Source of the DNA: Deltaproteobacteria bacterium
Lineage (GTDB): Bacteria > Myxococcota > JACRCW01
Assembly: GCA_016218805.1 (NCBI GenBank)
Contig: JACRCW010000044.1
Coordinates: 1 to 64,000 of the forward strand
Length of the DNA stretch: 64,000 bases
Direction: 5' to 3'
In this document: positions 33,411 to 42,780 of the stretch, piece by piece
Numbering within the stretch: the stretch's first letter is position 1
Layout of the letters: each line of letters opens with the position of its first letter
Translations under genes and position numbers: made by a program
Notes under the pieces: generated by a model
Database searches by the model: none
What the model was told of the DNA's origin: nothing
Seen by the model: the letters and a program-made list of their open reading frames with translations, nothing else

Positions 33411-33453
33411 CAAGGGCCTCTCCCGCGGCGGAGCGGGGGAGGCCCTTGTCTTT
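33411..33453 (+). terminator. Intrinsic terminator-like hairpin
   Basis: CAAGGGCCTCTCCCGC / GCGGGGGAGGCCCTTG 16-bp stem followed by TCTTT, between convergent genes. Confidence 0.75.
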
Positions 33454-33474
33454 CATGCTGGGTCATGCCGCGTT

Positions 33475-36270
33475 TCACTCGTGGCAGCCATTGGCCGCGT
33501 TGGGGCTGGGGGGCCGCATGGCCACAAACGCGCGGCCATCCAGGCGGGCGGTGCGGTCCGGGCAGCGGACCAGCGCGTAGTACGGCGCGTTGCTGCCGCC
33601 GCCGCTCTCATCCACCGCCACGGCCTGCGGCCCGGTGCCCAGCAGCGCCGCAAGCAACGCGGCGTCATCCGGCGAGCCGGAGGTGTACACCACCGCGTCC
33701 ACCAGGCCGCGGCGGGACGGGACCGTGCCGGCGGGGAACAACGCGCCGCTGCCCTGATGGATGGCCACCGCGTGCGTTCCGTTGCGCAGGCTGCTGTCCG
33801 GGAACGCCACGTCCGCCGTGGTCATGCGCCCGTTGGCAATGAGCAGGAATCCGTTCGCATCCGTGACCACGCCCGTGGGCCCCAGGTCCTCCGTGAAATA
33901 GGCGGGATTGTTGAGGGCGCTGCCGTTGTACCCCACCAGCGCGTACCCGCGCAGGGACACGCCCGCCACGCCCGTCGCCACTTCCACAAACTCCGCCGTA
34001 TCCACCGTGCCCACGGTGTCCGGGTCCACCTCATTGAGCACCAGGTGAATCACCGTTACCGGGAATCCCGGGCTGGAACCGTTGGCGGTGGTCACCACCA
34101 GCTCACGCACGCCCACGGGCACGCCGTCCGTCACGACGCCGATGGTCAGCGTGGCCGCGTCATCCACCGTGAAGCTCTGCGTCACGCCGCCCAGCGTGAC
34201 CGAGGTTGCATCCGAAAAACCCGCGCCGCGGAGCTCCAGGGCGCCGCCGTGCGCAATCACGGGATAATCAACATTGAATACAAATGGCCGCGGATTGGCG
34301 TGGGCCCACAGGAACGGATAGCCCGCGGGCAACAGGTCCGCTTCCGTGATGGGCTCCGGCGTCACGCTGGTGTGTGACGGCGGCAGGATGCACGCCAGGT
34401 CCAGCTCCTGACCCTGGAACAGGTACATGAACTTCCCCGGGTTGGCGCGGTACAGCGTGTAGAGCACTTCGGGTTCATCCATGAAGGACCGCAGGGCCAG
34501 CTCCAATTCCGCGGTACCACTGTCCAGCAGCGCAAGACGCTGTATCTCCCGGATCCGGTCATAGAGCTGGAACTTGGGGCTGGTGGAGTATTCCCGCATT
34601 TGCTCAAACAGGAACTCCTGTGGACCCGGCCCGTAGCCCGGCGCCACGGCGTACCGTGAGTGACCAAAATGCGCCAGAATCCCGGCCGAAGCTTCCTTCA
34701 TCTCTACGCACTGCTGGTAGGGGTTGAAGCAGTCAGGCGGATAGGGCGCCGGTGGGGCCCAATCACCGGCGTCGTACTTGGGCTGCAGGCACAGGATGAA
34801 GACCTTGGTGCAGGATTCGCAGCCGGCCGCGTCATAGAGGATGCCCGCGTCACCCTTGGCAAACACAAACGCGTCCGGGCACAGGTGGACCTCCGCGCCC
34901 TGGTACTGGCACGTGCCGTCACCGCAGGAGTACGCGAGACACCCCGTCGGGTCGTTGGCCAGCCACGTGGCGCTGGTGTGGTGCTCCACCGCGTGGTCGT
35001 ACTGGTCAAAACACCATTCAGTGATGCACGTGTTGGTCATGCGGTATTCGCAGGGGTCAAAGTCTGAGACGCGGGACGCCGCGGCCTGCTGGGAGGCGCA
35101 GTACGCGGCCTCCTGCGCGTCCGAGGCCTGGATGCAGGAGAGCCCGCCGCGGGCCAGCAGGTATGCCGTGCGCGCCTGGGCAATCTGCGCGGCGGTCACG
35201 GTGGGACTCTGGGCCACCGCGTTGTACTGGTCACACGCCAGCTCCCGTTGCGCATTCACGGTTGCGTTGGCGGGTACCACCACGTCGTTGCACGCGGTCT
35301 GGTCGTAGTCACACACGTGCGGGTTGAACGTGTAATCGTCGGTGCAGCCCACGCAGGTCCAGCTGGCCGTGGCTTCGCGCTGCGCGATGACGTTCGCCGG
35401 ATGAGAAGTGGGTTCTGAATAGCGGTTCGCCGATGTGTCGTCGATCTTGGCCCGCGTTTGACTGCGCTCGAGATCACTGAAGAACCAGGTCCAGGAACAG
35501 GTGTTGCCATCCACGGTGACAAACGGCGTGCCGTCCGTGGACAGGTGGGGCGTCAGGATGGCGTTCACGTAGTAGTTGAGGCCCTCCGTGTTGGCGTTCT
35601 GGCTGCCGTAGTAGTCGTCGCAGGAACTGCCGGTGGGGCATTCGCTGCAGCCGGTGTTGCACAGGTGGCTGATGCTCTCATGGGTGGCTTCATGGACCAG
35701 GATCCCGGACCGGACCGCCGCCGGGTAGAGGTACATTCCCTTGGTGCGCAGCAGCACGTACTCATCCGCCCCGCCCACGGTGGTGGCGCCCGAATCATTG
35801 GGTCCGGGGCACCCGGGCAGCCACTCGTTATCGGAGTAATTCACCACAAAGTTCCACCACTGCCCGGCGCCGTAGATGTCCCCCGGCAAGGGAAGCTGGA
35901 AGGCGGCCTGCGTCATCACGTATTCCACGTACCGCACCACCCACGCCGCGTTCATCAGCCGCGCCAGCGGGGACCAGGAGATGTGCCAGCCCCAGGACGC
36001 GTTGTAGTCGGGGAAACCCCAGCTTTCATCCCAGTCGTCAATCTCGCAGTAAAGCCCCGCCCACTGCTCGTTGAATCCCGCAGAATTGACCGGTTGGTAG
36101 GGATCGTACCAATACTGGATGTACCGCGTGTCGCAGGAGCCGTTGGCGGAGCACCCGGACGACGAGATGTTCGCGTCCGTGCGGGGAATGGTGCAGGTTT
36201 CCGCGGCGGCCGGAGCACTGCACAGCACAACGAGGGACGCGCAAGCCCAGGCGATTTCGTGGCGCAGCAT
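33475..36270 (-). CDS. Secreted Cys-rich protein with HExxH motif and C-terminal IPT/TIG-like plus lamin-tail-like domains
   Basis: GGGAGGAGG RBS, signal peptide, ILVHEATHE, long Cys-rich middle, LRGAGFSDATSVTLGG and LVLNEVDPD...EFVE modules. Confidence 0.75.
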   Translation of the reverse strand: MLRHEIAWACASLVVLCSAPAAAETCTIPRTDANISSSGCSANGSCDTRYIQYWYDPYQPVNSAGFNEQWAGLYCEIDDWDESWGFPDYNASWGWHISWSPLARLMNAAWVVRYVEYVMTQAAFQLPLPGDIYGAGQWWNFVVNYSDNEWLPGCPGPNDSGATTVGGADEYVLLRTKGMYLYPAAVRSGILVHEATHESISHLCNTGCSECPTGSSCDDYYGSQNANTEGLNYYVNAILTPHLSTDGTPFVTVDGNTCSWTWFFSDLERSQTRAKIDDTSANRYSEPTSHPANVIAQREATASWTCVGCTDDYTFNPHVCDYDQTACNDVVVPANATVNAQRELACDQYNAVAQSPTVTAAQIAQARTAYLLARGGLSCIQASDAQEAAYCASQQAAASRVSDFDPCEYRMTNTCITEWCFDQYDHAVEHHTSATWLANDPTGCLAYSCGDGTCQYQGAEVHLCPDAFVFAKGDAGILYDAAGCESCTKVFILCLQPKYDAGDWAPPAPYPPDCFNPYQQCVEMKEASAGILAHFGHSRYAVAPGYGPGPQEFLFEQMREYSTSPKFQLYDRIREIQRLALLDSGTAELELALRSFMDEPEVLYTLYRANPGKFMYLFQGQELDLACILPPSHTSVTPEPITEADLLPAGYPFLWAHANPRPFVFNVDYPVIAHGGALELRGAGFSDATSVTLGGVTQSFTVDDAATLTIGVVTDGVPVGVRELVVTTANGSSPGFPVTVIHLVLNEVDPDTVGTVDTAEFVEVATGVAGVSLRGYALVGYNGSALNNPAYFTEDLGPTGVVTDANGFLLIANGRMTTADVAFPDSSLRNGTHAVAIHQGSGALFPAGTVPSRRGLVDAVVYTSGSPDDAALLAALLGTGPQAVAVDESGGGSNAPYYALVRCPDRTARLDGRAFVAMRPPSPNAANGCHE

Positions 36271-36294
36271 GACGCGACCTCCTCCCAGCCGGTG

Positions 36295-37086
36295 TCATTC
36301 TTCGTACAGGATGTGGCGTTGTTCACACGGGAGCAGCGGGCGCATGAGGCGCTGCGCCACACGGCGGTCCGCGTTCAACGCATACGTATGGCGCACCGCC
36401 AGGCGGCGCACGTAGTCATCACCCGCTTGGACCGCGGACAGGATGTTCTGGCGGGCCGCTGCACTGCCGTGCTGCGCCAGGTGGAAGGTTGCGGTGGCGG
36501 CCACCCAGCGCACGGTCTGGTCCGGGTTGTCCTCGTTGCCCACCAGCGTTGGGCGTGGGGGCGCCATCATGAGGTCCAGCAGACGGCCCAGCAGCGCTGG
36601 CGAATCTCCCGCCGCCTTGAGAAGCGGCAGCAGGCTGAGGTGCTCGTTGGCGGCTTCCGGCCCCAATGCGTCCAGCGCCTCGCCCAGGCGCGCCTGGACC
36701 TGCGGGAGGTTGCGGTGGAGGGTCGCCTGGGCCTGGCGCCGCGTGAGCGCGTGGGCTGCCGCTTGCTGCTGCGTTTCGGGTGACTCCAACCCGGCTGACC
36801 ACAGCGCGGCCATGGCCACGTCCGCTTCCGACGTTCCGGAAAGAAACGAAAAGCCCGGTCTGCCGGCGTCCGGCGGAATGACGCCGCGCACGGGAATGCT
36901 GGCGTCGTGCGGCGCGCCGGAATCCGGGGTTTCTCCCGCGTCCGTGGGCCCGGCGTCGGTGAGGGCTCCTGCGTCAGGCTCCGGCGTTTCGTCCGGACCC
37001 ACGTTCACGTTCCGGGAGCAGTTGGCGCCCAGCAGAAGCGGAACCGCCGCCCAACACGCAATCACTCTCCACGTGGAGACGAGCAT
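36295..37086 (-). CDS. Hypothetical exported/lipoprotein with helical (HEAT-like) C-terminal part
   Basis: Signal-like LLLGANC, PDAG low-complexity linker, VRWVA and VRRLA helical repeats. Confidence 0.65.
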   Translation of the reverse strand: MLVSTWRVIACWAAVPLLLGANCSRNVNVGPDETPEPDAGALTDAGPTDAGETPDSGAPHDASIPVRGVIPPDAGRPGFSFLSGTSEADVAMAALWSAGLESPETQQQAAAHALTRRQAQATLHRNLPQVQARLGEALDALGPEAANEHLSLLPLLKAAGDSPALLGRLLDLMMAPPRPTLVGNEDNPDQTVRWVAATATFHLAQHGSAAARQNILSAVQAGDDYVRRLAVRHTYALNADRRVAQRLMRPLLPCEQRHILYEE

Positions 37087-37434
37087 GGTGCGCCCCCTTG
37101 GGCGCACGCTGTTGATTCACGCGGATTTGTCAACCGCAACGGTGAGCGGTGCCGCGGAGGCCACCGGCGAAACACCGTGGGCAGCCTGGAGCGCCCCGCT
37201 GCGCGGCGCGGAATTCCCAAACGGGAAGAATCGTGCCGGAGGCAGGCTCGGTTTCTCGCTGTTCTCCTGCGCCCAATGCGTTGGCAGCGCCGCGCCCATG
37301 CCACGGGTCACGACGTTGACAACCGTCCGCCCGCGACTGAGTGCGAACGAGGGTTGCCGCCGTTGACGAGCAGCGTGCGCGGCGACACGCTGCAGCATCA
37401 CTTGGCAACACCGACTGCATGCTGGGGAGACGAC

Positions 37435-37638
37435 ATGAAATGTCGCGATCACGCCGCCGCGGTTTGGTGTTGGGCCTTGGCCCTCTGCGCATGGGGCACG
37501 GTCGCGGGGTGCACGGTCCACTCATCGGGCGGTCCGGCCACCTACTCGGCACGCGTTATCGTCTTTGACAGGACGCTGCGCGCCTGGCCGGGGTGGCTCA
37601 CAGCAGCTTTCGCTTCACCGCTCCGGAAGGCGCCGTGA
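37435..37638 (+). pseudogene. Short lipoprotein ORF, possibly a truncated remnant (67 aa)
   Basis: GGGGAG RBS, MKCR...VAGC lipobox, only about 40 residues after the Cys. Confidence 0.35.
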
Positions 37639-37667
37639 AGAGCACACGCTCACTTCGGGAGGCACGG

Positions 37668-38791
37668 ATGTCGCGCGCGTTGGTCCTGATGGGTCTCGCC
37701 AGGGCAGGTCTCGTCATCGGGCTGGCATCCTGGCCGGCGCCGGTGCACGCGTGTGAACCGCACCAGTGCCCCCGAGCGGTGCACCCCGCGCCGGACGCAG
37801 GCCCACAGGCCATGGACACGCAATGGGCCATCTTGTTCTCCATGGAAGCGCACGCGACGCCGGCGACCATCACGCTGCGGGCAGGAGATGGCGGGATTCG
37901 GCCTGCCAGCGTGACGTGGGAGCCGCGGGACGAGCTGAACACGCGGCAGGAACCTGCTGTTGCGCTGGTGCGTCTGGCAACACCCTTCCGCGGTCAGCTG
38001 CACATGGAGTTGTCTGGAAAGCTCTCATGGACGGACGCCGGCTGTGCGCTCGCCGCGCAGTATGAGCTCGTGGAGTCGACGACCCTGGGGCCGCCGCCGA
38101 GCTACCCCGCGGACTCGCTGTCCATTGCGTCGCGCCTGACCCCGGACAACGAACTCACCTGGTGTCCGGGAACGGTGACGCGCGTTCAGCACTTCGTCAC
38201 GGGTCCGGGGTCCAGGGTGCGGTAACGGGCAAGGACCACCGCTTTGGCGAGCCTTCCTGCGCTGGGGAGACGTGGGTGCGCTTCAGCCATTCCCCGCGTG
38301 CTGCGGCGGCGGGAAGGGGCGGAGTGGCATGGGTCTTCTCCGAGGAGGAACCCGCCTCTGTGTGCCGCCCCCAACGCCGCGTGCGGCACCAGGTGCATGG
38401 ATTTGCCGTCAGCGGCGCGGAGTTCCACCGCTTCTACGTGGACGGCGCGCTGCTGCAGGCGGCGCGTGGCGCCACGGCGTGGCTGACCACGGATGGGCCA
38501 CTGAACCGTGCGCATTGCTTTGACGTCCGCGGTGTTGGACCGCAGGGGGAGGAGTCACCGCCGGGTGCGCCCTACTGCGCCGGTGGCGGCGCGCTCGTTC
38601 CGGACGGCGGTGTCGTCTTGGACGGCGGGGAGGCGCCGGTGGACGTCCGCAGCCCTGGTTGCGCTCGCACTCCGGCAACCGGTGAGGCGGTCCACCTGAA
38701 CGTTGCCGGCGTGCTGGGCGCCTTGGGCGTGGCGCCATGGCTGCGCCGCGGCGCGCGCCGCCGGCAATCCGCGGGAGCGCGCTTGCAGTGA
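37668..38791 (+). pseudogene. Probably frameshifted secreted protein with MYXO-CTERM-like C-terminal anchor
   Basis: 37668..38225 carries RBS and signal peptide; overlapping frame 38162..38791 ends GC...hydrophobic...RRGARRR. Confidence 0.5.
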
Positions 38792-38829
38792 CCCGCCGGG
38801 TTTCGCGTCGTTCTTCCGCAGAGGTTTGA

Positions 38830-38906
38830 TGGTCGGGGCGACTGGATTTGAACCAGCGGCCTCCTGCGCCCAAGGCAGGCGGTCTACCAAGCTGACCTAC
38901 GCCCCG
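38830..38906 (-). tRNA. tRNA-Pro (TGG)
   Basis: CGGGGCG acceptor stem, anticodon arm CCTGC-CTTGGGC-GCAGG, GGTTCAAATCC T-arm, encoded CCA; 77 nt. Confidence 0.97.
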
Positions 38907-38940
38907 ACGGCGTGCCCTATGCCATACCGCGCGTGGCCTG

Positions 38941-39693
38941 TCACCACAGTGCCGGTTTGAGCCGCGCGCGTGGCCGCTGGCGGGTGAACACGGACACGTC
39001 CATCCCCAGCGCCTTTCCCGCGGCGGGGAGCGCGTGCTCCCAGAACGCCTGCGCCGTGCGCTCCTCCGCCGGGCGGGCGTTGAACGCACGCACAACGCGG
39101 CGGTCCAGCACGCGGTCGTGCTCGTAGCTCTCCACGTCGTCCAGGACGCCATCGCGGCGGTCGTCGGACAGCACCCACTTCTCCGGGCACATGATCCAGC
39201 CCAGCTCATAGCGGGTCTGGCCGCGCTCATAGCTGAACGGGTAGATGCGGCAGATACCCGGGCGCAGCGGGTGCACGCCGCAGCGCCGGTGGCCGTCCAC
39301 GTTCATGAGGAACACGCAGTGATCATCCTCCGCCTTGCGCAGCAGCAGGTGCTTGGGCGTGTCACCAATGAGGACGGGTTCACCATTGCGGCTCTCCGCC
39401 TCGGCGAGATCACAGAACGACGAAGGATGCATGCCCAGCGGCGCGGCGATCCGCACCAGGTCACAGGTGTTGATGACCACGCGCGCGCGGCAGCAGTAGC
39501 CGGTGCAGGACAGGCACGGGTCCGGGGACGCCTGGATGACGGTGAGAAAGCGCGGGCGGCGGGACAGCTCAGCGTGCTCCGCGCTGGTGAGGTACCCCTG
39601 GGCCAGCGTGAACCCGCTGGGGCTGGCGCCGTGGCGGCTGCGGCCACCGCGCGGGGCCAGCGCGGTGCGGGTGGTGGGACGCTTGCGGTTCAT
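38941..39693 (-). CDS. YkgJ-family cysteine-cluster protein
   Basis: CLSCTGYCC ... CVFL ... CGVHPLRPGICRIYPF. Confidence 0.85.
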   Translation of the reverse strand: MNRKRPTTRTALAPRGGRSRHGASPSGFTLAQGYLTSAEHAELSRRPRFLTVIQASPDPCLSCTGYCCRARVVINTCDLVRIAAPLGMHPSSFCDLAEAESRNGEPVLIGDTPKHLLLRKAEDDHCVFLMNVDGHRRCGVHPLRPGICRIYPFSYERGQTRYELGWIMCPEKWVLSDDRRDGVLDDVESYEHDRVLDRRVVRAFNARPAEERTAQAFWEHALPAAGKALGMDVSVFTRQRPRARLKPALW

Positions 39694-40295
39694 GCGCGCG
39701 CGGCCTCCCGGAGCGCGTCGCGGGCGGCGGCCAGGGCGCGCCCGCGGTGCGAAATGCGGTTCTTCTCGTCGGCAGGGAGCTCGGACATGGTGCGCCCGTC
39801 CGGGAGCAGGAACAGCGGGTCATAGCCAAAGCCGTGTTCCCCCCGCGGGGCGCGGCCAATGCGGCCGTGAACCTCGCCGCGGAAGACGCGTTCCGCGCCG
39901 CCGGGGAGGCACAGCGCCAGGCTGCAGGTGAAGTGCGCGCCGCGGCGCTCATCCGGCACACCGTGCAGGCGCTCCAGCAGCAGCGCATTGTTGTCCTGGT
40001 CCCCGCGGCCGCGGCCGTGGTCCAAGGCAAAGCGCGCGGAGCGCACCCCCGGCGCGCCGTCCAACGCGTCCACGCACAGTCCGCTGTCATCTCCCAGCGC
40101 GGGCAGCCCGCTGGTGGCGGCGCCCCAGCGCGCCTTGATGAGCGCGTTCTCCTCAAAACTCCCGCCCGTCTCCCGCACCTCCGCGGACACGCCCAGATCC
40201 GCGGGGAGGACAATCACCACGTCGTCACCCAGCACCGCGCCGATTTCGGAGGCCTTGTGGCGGTTGGAGGTGCACAGGAACAGACGCCCGCTCAC
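39690..40295 (-). CDS. rdgB: Non-canonical purine NTP pyrophosphatase (RdgB/HAM1)
   Basis: TSNRHK, ENALIKA, DDSGL, GVRSAR, GFGYDP, KNRISHRG. Confidence 0.93.
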   Translation of the reverse strand: MSGRLFLCTSNRHKASEIGAVLGDDVVIVLPADLGVSAEVRETGGSFEENALIKARWGAATSGLPALGDDSGLCVDALDGAPGVRSARFALDHGRGRGDQDNNALLLERLHGVPDERRGAHFTCSLALCLPGGAERVFRGEVHGRIGRAPRGEHGFGYDPLFLLPDGRTMSELPADEKNRISHRGRALAAARDALREAARA

Positions 40296-41020
40296 AGCTT
40301 GTCCACCGCCGCGCGGATGGCGCCCTCCTGCAGGGCGCGGAGTTTCACGTTGGCGGCCAGCCCCGCGTCAATCATCTGGTCCAGCTGCTTGCGGTCAAAG
40401 CTGCCCTTTTCGGCCGCGCCGGCCACCTCCACCAGCCGCCCGTCACCCGTGGCGACGACGTTGAGGTCCGCCTCGGCGGTGGAGTCTTCCGCGTAGTCCA
40501 GGTCCACGCACAGATACCCGCCCACCAGGCCAATGGAGATGGCGCTGACGGACGTGGCCAGCACCGCGCCGGCGTCCTTGAGCGTCCCCTTCTTCTGCAG
40601 CCGCTTGAGCGCCACCGCCAGCGACACATACGCGCCGGTGATGGCCGCGCAGCGCGTGCCGCCGTCCGCTTCAATGACGTCACAGTCCACCCACAGCGTG
40701 AGCTGCGGAAGGCTTTCAATGCGGACCGCCGCGCGCAGCGCACGGCCAATGAGCCGCTGGATCTCCACCGCGCGGCCGTCCTGTTTGCCCTGGTCGCGCT
40801 TCTTGCGGTCCTGGGTGGAGCCCGGGAGCATGCCGTATTCGGCGGACAGCCAGCCGCCGCGGCCCAGGCGGAACGGCGGGACGCGCTCCTCCACGGTGAC
40901 GCTGGTCAGCACGCGCGTGTCACCAAAGGACACCAGGCAGCTGCCGGGTGCGCGCTTGAGGTAGCCCACGTCCAGCTGGATGGGGCGGAGGTCGGTCGGG
41001 TTTCTGCCGTCGGGTCGCAC
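40292..41020 (-). CDS. rph: Ribonuclease PH
   Basis: RPDGR, GWLSAEYGMLP, EIQRLIGRALR, DCDVIEADGGTR, DLDYAEDS; start GTG 41020 uncertain. Confidence 0.94.
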   Translation of the reverse strand: MRPDGRNPTDLRPIQLDVGYLKRAPGSCLVSFGDTRVLTSVTVEERVPPFRLGRGGWLSAEYGMLPGSTQDRKKRDQGKQDGRAVEIQRLIGRALRAAVRIESLPQLTLWVDCDVIEADGGTRCAAITGAYVSLAVALKRLQKKGTLKDAGAVLATSVSAISIGLVGGYLCVDLDYAEDSTAEADLNVVATGDGRLVEVAGAAEKGSFDRKQLDQMIDAGLAANVKLRALQEGAIRAAVDKL

Positions 41021-41161
41021 GGCGGGCACCCTAGCAGAACGCGCCAACGCGGCCAGCGCTGCTGCGGTGGGCAGACGGCCGCGCTAGGATGCGCGGCCAT
41101 CCCGCGGCAGGGCACGTCCGGGAGGCGGGTTTGACCACGCGGTCCCGGAGGCGGTTGGAAC

Positions 41162-41695
41162 ATGGAACGCAAGGAGAAGGGACCGCCGCGGCGCGGCCGG
41201 CCGCCCAGCGAACCGCTGGGCAATTGCATTGTCTGCGGCAAGCAGGTGGGGCGGCCCAAGGCCACGCTGTGCCTGGAGTGCGTGCGCAAGGCGGAGCAGT
41301 CCCGCCGGCCGCGTTTTCCCGGCGGGGCGCGCACGGAGCACGGCACGCGCGTGGCGCGGGCGGTGACGTGCGTGCGGTGCGGCAAGCAGGACCACGTGGC
41401 GTTCAAGCCGCGGGACCCGGACAAGGTGATGTGCAAGGCGTGCACGCTGGAGGTGACCGGCCGTGACGAGCACGGTGACCTGCGGGAACCCGGCGTGGTG
41501 GACATCACCTGCCAGAACTGCGGCCGCACCGACCGCATCCCGCGTGCGCGGGCCAAGAAGTTGCTGGCGCCGGACAACCCGGAGCCCATCCTGTGCTCGG
41601 ACTGTGACCACGGCATCCTCAGCGTCCAGGGTGACCGCACGCGCACCGGCGAACGCCGCCGCAGCGGCGTCATCCTCAAGCGCAAGGGCGTCTGA
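41162..41695 (+). CDS. Basic protein with three CxxC...CxxC zinc ribbons (CxxC-x17-CxxC-like)
   Basis: CIVC/CLEC, CVRC...FKP...CKAC, CQNC/CSDC; GGAGG RBS. Confidence 0.75.
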   Translation: MERKEKGPPRRGRPPSEPLGNCIVCGKQVGRPKATLCLECVRKAEQSRRPRFPGGARTEHGTRVARAVTCVRCGKQDHVAFKPRDPDKVMCKACTLEVTGRDEHGDLREPGVVDITCQNCGRTDRIPRARAKKLLAPDNPEPILCSDCDHGILSVQGDRTRTGERRRSGVILKRKGV

Positions 41696-41709
41696 GCGGG
41701 GGGGACAGC

Positions 41710-42429
41710 GTGGACGTTGCCGGACTGGTGCGCCATGTGGCCGGGCTGGTGCTGCCGGCGCATTGCCCGGGATGCGGTGTCATGTTGCCGCCCGGCGCCA
41801 CCTGGTGCGCCCCGTGCGAAGACACGCTGCTGCCGGTGGATGCGGCGGCCTCCTGCCCGGTGTGCCAGGACCTGGCGGGCGCGCAGACCTGTGCGCGGTG
41901 CCGCGCCGCGCCGCCGCCGTTTGACGCCGTGGTGGCAGCGTTTGCGTGGGGCGGGGCGGTGAAGGATGCCATTCACCGGATGAAGTTCAGCGGCGCGGCG
42001 TGGGCGGCGGAGCCCCTGGCGCGGCGCGCGTGGCCGGACGGCGCGGCGCTGCCGGGGGGCGTGGACGTGGTGGTGCCCTTGCCGCTGCACCCCGCCCGGC
42101 ACCGCGCGCGCGGCTACAACCAGGCCGCGCTGCTGGCGCGCCGGTGGGCGGCGCTGTTGGGAGTCCCGCTGGCGCCGGCGGCGCTGGCGCGGACCCGAGC
42201 GACCGCCGCGGTGGCGGACCTGGCGCCGGCGCAGCGGGCCAGCGCGGTGGCGGGCGCCTTCAGCGTGGCGCAGCCGGCGCGCGTGCGTGGCCGCCGCGTG
42301 CTGCTGGTGGACGACGTGGTCACCACGGGGGCCACCGCGCGGGAGGCCGCCGCGGTGCTGAAGGCCGCGGGGGCTGCGTCCGTCCGGGTTGCCTGCGTGG
42401 CGCGCGGTGGCGCCGGCGCGGAGCCCTGA
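41710..42429 (+). CDS. comF: ComF family protein (double Zn ribbon + PRTase-like domain)
   Basis: CPGC/CAPC/CPVC/CARC, RGYNQA, LLVDDVVTTGAT. Confidence 0.88.
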   Translation: MDVAGLVRHVAGLVLPAHCPGCGVMLPPGATWCAPCEDTLLPVDAAASCPVCQDLAGAQTCARCRAAPPPFDAVVAAFAWGGAVKDAIHRMKFSGAAWAAEPLARRAWPDGAALPGGVDVVVPLPLHPARHRARGYNQAALLARRWAALLGVPLAPAALARTRATAAVADLAPAQRASAVAGAFSVAQPARVRGRRVLLVDDVVTTGATAREAAAVLKAAGAASVRVACVARGGAGAEP

Positions 42430-42443
42430 CCCGACGGCTTTCT

Positions 42444-42721
42444 GCAGGGGGTGATACCCCCTCGGGTAGGGGATGGGACCCCCTCGGGTAGGGGATGGGA
42501 CCCCCTCGGGCAGGGGGTGTGACCCCCTCGGGTAGGGGATGGGACCCCCTCGGGTAGGGGATGGGACCCCATCGGGCAGGGGGTGTGACCCCATCGGTCA
42601 GGGGGTGTGATCCCATCGGGTAGGGGATGGGACCCCCTCGGGTAGGGGGTGTGACCCCCTCGGGCAGGGGGTGTGACCCCCTCGGGCAGGGGGTGTGACC
42701 CCCTCGGGCAGGGGATGGGAC
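42444..42721. repeat. Tandem array of twelve 22-bp units plus partial copies
   Basis: Consensus GACCCCCTCGGG(T/C)AGGGG(ATGG/GTGT); units start at 42455, 42477, 42499 ... 42697 with no spacers. Confidence 0.95.
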
Positions 42722-42780
42722 GGCCTCAGGGAGGGGGGCCCGGGCCATGCAGGGGGCCGTAATCCGTGCGGCCCACGGCG

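Noticed and set aside
33475..38906. Prophage or integrative element at tRNA-Pro
   Set aside because: No integrase, phage genes or att duplication visible
42444..42721. CRISPR array
   Set aside because: Units are directly abutting with no unique spacers, and no cas genes are in the window
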